NCBI GenBank assembly: GCA_044224875.1 | Contig: JBGAJQ010000097.1 | Location: 1-13,297 of the forward strand | Source: Gemmatimonadaceae bacterium | Lineage (GTDB): Bacteria; Gemmatimonadota; Gemmatimonadetes; Gemmatimonadales; Gemmatimonadaceae | Reading direction: 5' to 3' | Length of the DNA stretch: 13,297 nt | Shown: positions 8,591 through 13,297 of the stretch, piece after piece | Layout: each line of letters begins with the position of its first letter | Position numbering within the stretch: position 1 is the first letter of the stretch | Program-made: the position numbers and the translations under genes | Notes under the pieces: generated by a model | The model's database searches: none | What the model saw: the letters and a program-made list of their open reading frames with translations, nothing else | Told to the model about the DNA's origin: nothing

Positions 8591-10072
8591 CTAACGCCCC
8601 TTGATGCCCAACGTGGGCCAGAGGGCGTCGACCCGCGCGCGCGTCGCGGCGTCCATTTCGATCACTTTCGGCCAGTCACGAGTGAACCCCTCCTCTGGCC
8701 ATTTTCGCGTGGCATCGATGCCCATCTTGGACCCATAGGTGAATGCCCTGGACGAGTGGTCGAGCACATCCACAGGCCCCATCGTGAAGCGCGTATCGCG
8801 CTCCGGATCGATGTTGTTGAGCGCCACCCACCACGCCTCTTGCTCGTCCTGCACATTCACTTCCTTGTCCAGCACGACCAGAACCTTGGCGAGTGACATC
8901 AGACCGGCGCCCCACATGGCGTTCATCACCTTGTAGGCCTGCCCGGGATACTGCTTGTCGATCGAGACAAAGACGAGGTTGTGAAAGATGCCCGCCGCCG
9001 GCATGTGATAGTCCACGATCTCCGGCACCGTCAGCTTCAATAGTGGCAGGAAGATCCGCTCGGTGGCGTGGCCCAGGTAGTAGTCCTCCATCGGCGGCCG
9101 TCCGACGATCGTGGTGGCGTAGACCGGACGCTGCCGCATGGTGATGGCGGTCACCTGCACCCGCGGATACAGGTCCGCCTCGGAGTAGAACCCGGTGTGA
9201 TCGCCGAAGGGCCCCTCGGTCACCAAGGGTTCCGCAGGGTCGATGTACCCCTCGATCACGATCTCTGCGTGCGCCGGCACGTCCAGGGTGTTGGTCACCG
9301 CCTTCGTCAGCTGCACCGGTGCCTGGCGCAGGAACCCGGAAAAGATGAACTCGTCGATGGTCGGCGGAAGGGGAGCCGACCCCGAATACACGGACGCGGG
9401 ATCCGCGCCAATGGCAATGCACACCGGCATCCGCTCGCCGCGCTCGGCCATCTCGCGCCAATGCGCTGCGCCAACCTTGTGCCGCTGCCAATGCATGGCC
9501 AGGGAATCCCGCCCCAGCACCTGAACACGGTACATCCCGACGTTCCGGATCTTGCGGACCGGATCCTCGGAAATGACCATCGGCAGGGTAATGTACGGCC
9601 CGCCATCCTCCGGCCAACAGGTGATCACCGGCAGCTGCATCACGTCGATGTCCGCCCCACGCCACACCATCTCCTGGCAGGGGGCCGGGGCCTTGTACGT
9701 CCGCGGCGGGAATTTCGAGACCTCGAGCAGCCGTGGTAGCAGCTGCAACTTTCCCAGCAAACCGTCGGGAACCTTCAGGTCGAGCAGCCGGGTGATGCGT
9801 GCACCAATCTCATCCAGCGCCTCCACGCCCAGCGCCATCGCCATCCGGCGCTTGGACCCGAACAGGTTGATTGCTACGGGCATCGTCGCCGGTGTGCCAT
9901 CGTGCCGCAAGACGCGCTCGAACAGCAGGGCGGGACCGCCGCCGGGCTGCTTCATCACACGATCGGCGATTTCGCACAGTTCCAGATGTGCGCGTATGGG
10001 CGCCTTCACGCGCACCAACTCACCCGCTTCGTCCAGCGCCTCGAGAAAGTCCTGCAGAGAGTCGTAGCTCAT
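8591..10072 (-). CDS. ubiD: UbiD-family prFMN-dependent decarboxylase (menaquinone biosynthesis decarboxylase, MqnL-like)
   Basis: GPALLFE, INLFGS, CWPEDGGPYITLP, RNVGMYRVQV, MHWQRHK, EGPFGDHTGFY, GRPPMED, LDHSS, GSKMGIDATRKWPEEG. Confidence 0.96.
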   Translation of the reverse strand: MSYDSLQDFLEALDEAGELVRVKAPIRAHLELCEIADRVMKQPGGGPALLFERVLRHDGTPATMPVAINLFGSKRRMAMALGVEALDEIGARITRLLDLKVPDGLLGKLQLLPRLLEVSKFPPRTYKAPAPCQEMVWRGADIDVMQLPVITCWPEDGGPYITLPMVISEDPVRKIRNVGMYRVQVLGRDSLAMHWQRHKVGAAHWREMAERGERMPVCIAIGADPASVYSGSAPLPPTIDEFIFSGFLRQAPVQLTKAVTNTLDVPAHAEIVIEGYIDPAEPLVTEGPFGDHTGFYSEADLYPRVQVTAITMRQRPVYATTIVGRPPMEDYYLGHATERIFLPLLKLTVPEIVDYHMPAAGIFHNLVFVSIDKQYPGQAYKVMNAMWGAGLMSLAKVLVVLDKEVNVQDEQEAWWVALNNIDPERDTRFTMGPVDVLDHSSRAFTYGSKMGIDATRKWPEEGFTRDWPKVIEMDAATRARVDALWPTLGIKGR

Positions 10073-10095
10073 GTCGTCCGTTAAACCGGTCGTGC

Positions 10096-10845
10096 CTACG
10101 GCTTCTCGCCGACGTGAATCGCGGCGATGCCAAGCGTGAGGGGTCGCCAGGAAACCTTGGCGAATCCAGCGTGGGTCATGCGATCAGCCAGCTGCGATTG
10201 TTCAGGAAAAGCTGCCACCGACTGCGGGAGATACCGATAGGCGGTCGGGTGCCGTGATACCAGGCGTCCGACCAATGGCAGCACATTGTGGAAATACGCG
10301 TGGTATCCATAACGCACGAACGCCGATCGAGGCGTCGAGAACTCCAGGATCACGAAGCGGGCACCCGGCTTCAGCACGCGCAGGGCTTCCTTCAGGCCAA
10401 CATCGAGCTCCGCAAGATTCCGAATGCCGAAAGCGACAATGGCGCCATCGAAAAACTCGTCGGGAACCGGAAGGTCCTGCGCATCAGCGACCACGGGAGC
10501 GAGCGGTCGACCCGATGCCTTGTCCACTCCCGCACGCAGCATGGGTTCAGCGAAGTCGGCGCTGGCAATGTAGCCGGAAAAACCAGGTTCCCGCGCAAGC
10601 TGGACCCCCACGTCCAGGGTGCCCGCGCATAGATCGAGAAAACGACCATTGGGACGCTCTCGCCATCGCAGCTCCGCAAGCGCGGCGGCGCGCCATCGCC
10701 GGTCGATGTTGAAGCTCAGCAGGTGATTGAGCAGGTCATACCGAGGTGCAATCTCGGAAAACATGCGCTGGACATAGGCACGTTTCCCAAGTCCTCCAGC
10801 CGCTGCCTCTTGCGCCTCGATCGTCTGCGTACGCGTCACCGTCAT
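10096..10845 (-). CDS. ubiE: Demethylmenaquinone methyltransferase (MenG/UbiE)
   Basis: VQRMFSEIAPRYDLLNHLLSF, SAM motif LDLCAGT, ADAQDLP, AFGIRN, RVLKPG, ILEFSTP, AYRYLPQSV. ATG 10845 is preferred to the ORF-track start at 10965. Confidence 0.94.
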   Translation of the reverse strand: MTVTRTQTIEAQEAAAGGLGKRAYVQRMFSEIAPRYDLLNHLLSFNIDRRWRAAALAELRWRERPNGRFLDLCAGTLDVGVQLAREPGFSGYIASADFAEPMLRAGVDKASGRPLAPVVADAQDLPVPDEFFDGAIVAFGIRNLAELDVGLKEALRVLKPGARFVILEFSTPRSAFVRYGYHAYFHNVLPLVGRLVSRHPTAYRYLPQSVAAFPEQSQLADRMTHAGFAKVSWRPLTLGIAAIHVGEKP

Positions 10846-10890
10846 GGCGCGAAACTTCGCGGGTAGCCGGAGGGGGGGCAACCCACGCGC

Positions 10891-10919
10891 TGGCCCCTGT
10901 GGTACGCGCTCACTAGCTT
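10891..10919 (+). promoter_or_regulatory. Possible housekeeping-sigma promoter for the ECF sigma gene
   Basis: TGGCCC (10891-10896)-N17-TAGCTT (10914-10919). The -10 fits TAnnnT; the -35 is weak. Confidence 0.25.
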
Positions 10920-10977
10920 GTCCAACTTCACGCTCCGCCGATCGTGCGTCGTTCGCGCCGCACACGTTCCTACCGGG

Positions 10978-11581
10978 ATGGCGCCGCGACTCGACCTAAC
11001 TAACCTCCCCGACGCGGATCTGGTTGCGCTTGCCCAGGAAGGGCGAGAAGCGGCATTTCGCGAACTGGTGAGGCGATATGAGCGGCCCGTCTTCTCCCTG
11101 ATCTTCCGCATGGTGCGGGATCGAAACGGCGCGGAGGGTACTGGCTCAGGACAGCTTCATCAAGGTCCTGAATCACATCGATCGATACCGGCCGGAGTTC
11201 AAGCTCTCCAGTTGGCTGTTCAAAATCGCGAACAACGTCGCCATCGACCACCTTCGGCGACGACAGCTGGATACAGTCTCGCTGGACGGCTCGCCGCACG
11301 CCGCAACTCAAGCAGAGGTCGAGGCTACCTCCATCGAGATAGCGGCGCGACAGGAGACGGCGCTCGACGAGCTGGAGGCCCGTGAGCTGGGAGGCGCCAT
11401 CGAACGCGCCATCAGCTCACTCCGACCCGAGTACCGCTCCTGCATCCTCCTGAGGCACGTCGAAGGCCGGTCGTACGAGGAGATCGCGGCCACCCTCGAC
11501 CTGCCCTTAGGGACCGTTAAGACCTACATCCACCGCGCCAGACATCAGCTTCGTGAAGCCTTGGAGGGGGAACGGGAATGA
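10978..11581 (+). CDS. sigW: ECF RNA polymerase sigma factor, SigW-like; net +1 frameshift at about 11120-11142
   Basis: First frame: DADLVALAQEGREAAFRELVRRYERPVFSLIFRMVRDR. Next frame: LAQDSFIKVLNHIDRYRPEFKLSSWLFKIANNVAIDHLRRR...LRPEYRSCILLRHVEGRSYEEIAATLDLPLGTVKTYIHRARHQLREAL, stop TGA 11579-11581. Regions 2 and 4 only. The sigW name reflects resemblance, not proven orthology. Confidence 0.88.
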
Positions 11582-11606
11582 ACTTCCGGCCCCCTTCTTG
11601 CCTCGT

Positions 11607-11633
11607 TGAAACCTCACCCACACCCGGATCGTA
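11607..11633 (+). promoter_or_regulatory. SigW-type ECF promoter upstream of the anti-sigma gene
   Basis: TGAAAC (11607-11612)-N17-CGTA (11630-11633) in the 71-nt intergenic gap. Both boxes match the B. subtilis SigW consensus TGAAAC-N16-CGTA. Followed by RBS GGAGGA (11643-11648) and GTG 11653. Confidence 0.7.
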
Positions 11634-11652
11634 AGTCACCCCGGAGGAACCA

Positions 11653-12243
11653 GTGGAACATCGCCACCTATTACCCGACGAAATCGAGCTCCTCGTTGAC
11701 GGCGAGGAAGGCTTCGGCACGGCGCCGCTCGTTGCACATATCGAGCGTTGCGAGTCGTGTCGTCGTGAATTCGATGCCCAGCGGCGGGTCGTGGCCGAGT
11801 TGGAATCACTGCCGCACCTGAGCCCTTCGCCCTTGTTTGCATACAAGGTGATGAAGAACGTGCAGGTCTTCGAGCCTTGGCACGTGAGCGCCTTGGACAC
11901 GGTGCGACGATTTGTTCCGCAGTCGCGGGTTGGTCGGGTGTTGGCCGGAAGCTTGGCAGCGATGGTTGGCATGACGCTGACCCTGCTGAGTACATGGGTC
12001 GTGATTCGCTACGACAGCGCGGTCTTTGTCTTCAACGTAGGTGCGGCACGACTGCGGGACGTGGCGTTGGAGCTGACGTCTTCACTCGGTTCGATGCTGC
12101 TGGGAGACGGCGGTGCGGCGCTGGTACGGTCCAACGGCAACGTGTCGATCGCGATCGCCTCGTCGGTCCTTCTTCTCACGCTCATCGGAGCCGCACTCGG
12201 ATTGCGTCGAGTCGCGGACACTTCCCGACGGCGGAGGTCGTAA
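11653..12243 (+). CDS. Zinc-binding (ZAS) membrane anti-sigma factor, RsiW N-terminal-like
   Basis: HxxxCxxC motif HIERCESC, preceded by His and LLVDGE, followed by LPHLSPSPLFAYKVM. Two hydrophobic helices (VLAGSLAAMVGMTLTLLSTWVVI; IAIASSVLLLTLIGAALGL) and a basic tail. Lies directly after the ECF sigma with a strong RBS. Confidence 0.85.
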   Translation: MEHRHLLPDEIELLVDGEEGFGTAPLVAHIERCESCRREFDAQRRVVAELESLPHLSPSPLFAYKVMKNVQVFEPWHVSALDTVRRFVPQSRVGRVLAGSLAAMVGMTLTLLSTWVVIRYDSAVFVFNVGAARLRDVALELTSSLGSMLLGDGGAALVRSNGNVSIAIASSVLLLTLIGAALGLRRVADTSRRRRS

Positions 12244-12244
12244 C

Positions 12245-13297
12245 ATGCGCGGGCATGTCATTCTGGTCGTCGCCCTCGCAGGGGCGGCGTGCCACGCGCT
12301 TGGCGCACAGCAGGCGGAGTCCAACTCCACCCCTCGCCCAACGGTAGATAGCACAAAGTCCTCGCCCCTCGTCGTGGGCGAGGACACGTTGTTTTTTGGG
12401 GGCAAGACCATCGCGAGCGGAACACACGTCCGCGGGCCCGTAGTGGTGGCCGGTGGCGACTTGGTGGTCGCTGGCACGATCGAAGGCGACGCCATTTCCA
12501 TCATCGGTGACGTGGTGGTATCGGCGGGCGGTCGCGTGACCGGCAACGCCATTGCCGCGTTGGGCACGGTGCACTCCAACGGCACGATCGGCGGGACCGC
12601 GCGTACGCTCAGCACGGTCACGACCAATTTCTCTGACGATGCGAAGGCTAAGCCATCGGCCAACGGCGCGCGCTCCACCAGCGATGCGCTTCGACTCTCC
12701 ATGGGATGGCTCATCGTTATGCTGCTCATCGGCCTGGGCGTCCTGGTGTTTGCCGGTTCCTACCTGGATGGCGTGGTGGACGTGCTGGAGCAGAGTTTCT
12801 GGCGCTCGTTAGGTGTGGGGTTGGTCGGCGGTCTTGGCCTCGTGCCACTGCTGGTGCTGCTGATCGTCGTACTGGCGGTGTCCATCATCGGCATCCTGCT
12901 CATACCCTTTGCCGCGGTCGCGTACCTCATTGCCGCCGCCGGTCTGGCGACACTCGGCTTCCTTGCCGTGGCCCGCGTCACGGGCAACAGCATCGGGTCG
13001 GCGACGGCCAGTCGGCTATCGGCGCGAGGGAGTACACTGCGCTCGCTTCTCCTCGGCATCGTGGTGTACCTCGGGCTCTGGGTCGTTGCGGCAGGACTGT
13101 CGTGGGCGCCGGTGCCGGCTGCGGTGTTGAGGACGCTGGCCTTTGCGTTGACTTCGGTGGCGGCGACAGCGGGGTTTGGAGCAGCACTGCTGTCTCGGGC
13201 GGGCACGCGACGCGAGGTTGGCGACGCGACGTCGGCCGCGGGCCCGGAACCAGCGGCCTGGCAAACGCCGACTCCCGTCACCGGTGTTTCAGCGGCA
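12245..13297 (+). CDS. Signal peptide + bactofilin-like (polymer-forming) beta-helix + polytopic membrane domain protein; 3' end outside window
   Basis: Not in the ORF track because it has no stop. ATG 12245 is 1 nt after the anti-sigma TAA and the frame is open for 351 codons. MRGHVILVVALAGAACHALGA-QQ signal; repeats VRGPVVVAGGDLVVAGTIEGDAISIIGDVVVSAGGRVTGNAIAALGTV; then about 5-6 hydrophobic segments including LAVSIIGILLIP. Confidence 0.85.
   Translation, partial: MRGHVILVVALAGAACHALGAQQAESNSTPRPTVDSTKSSPLVVGEDTLFFGGKTIASGTHVRGPVVVAGGDLVVAGTIEGDAISIIGDVVVSAGGRVTGNAIAALGTVHSNGTIGGTARTLSTVTTNFSDDAKAKPSANGARSTSDALRLSMGWLIVMLLIGLGVLVFAGSYLDGVVDVLEQSFWRSLGVGLVGGLGLVPLLVLLIVVLAVSIIGILLIPFAAVAYLIAAAGLATLGFLAVARVTGNSIGSATASRLSARGSTLRSLLLGIVVYLGLWVVAAGLSWAPVPAAVLRTLAFALTSVAATAGFGAALLSRAGTRREVGDATSAAGPEPAAWQTPTPVTGVSAA

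Noticed and set aside
11575..11607. Second ECF promoter GGAAT/GAACTT...CGTT overlapping the sigma stop
   Set aside because: Spacing to CGTT is too long for known ECF promoters; the TGAAAC/CGTA pair fits better.
12278..12292. Lipobox at AGAAC in the last gene
   Set aside because: GAAC lacks the usual Leu/Val/Ile at -3; signal peptidase I cleavage near ALGA-QQ is more plausible.
1..13297. CRISPR arrays, tRNA/rRNA, IS elements, prophage or defence genes
   Set aside because: No spaced repeats, RNA-gene signatures, transposase or integrase motifs, or obvious compositional shift seen; nearly all sequence is explained by core genes.

Overview
High-GC bacterial chromosomal window made mostly of core genes; gene style suggests Gemmatimonadota (inference only). 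From left to right: (1) a minus-strand REC + HD-GYP response regulator that runs off the left edge. (2) A plus-strand run of cystathionine gamma-lyase/synthase, M48 peptidase, purD, mutM and a Cho/UvrC-N-like nuclease, the last four with overlapping stop/start junctions. (3) A convergent minus-strand late menaquinone (futalosine-type) operon, menG/ubiE-mqnL/ubiD-mqnP/ubiA-ubiX, ending in a YfcE-like phosphoesterase. (4) A divergent plus-strand SigW-like ECF locus: sigma factor, ZAS anti-sigma factor, and an exported bactofilin-like beta-helix/polytopic membrane protein that runs off the right edge and is absent from the ORF track. Three genes are broken by indels that look like long-read consensus errors. 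The most interesting signal is the ECF locus, which resembles B. subtilis sigW-rsiW with RsiW split over two genes and has a SigW-type promoter (TGAAAC-N17-CGTA) downstream of the sigma gene. No mobile element, CRISPR array or RNA gene was seen.
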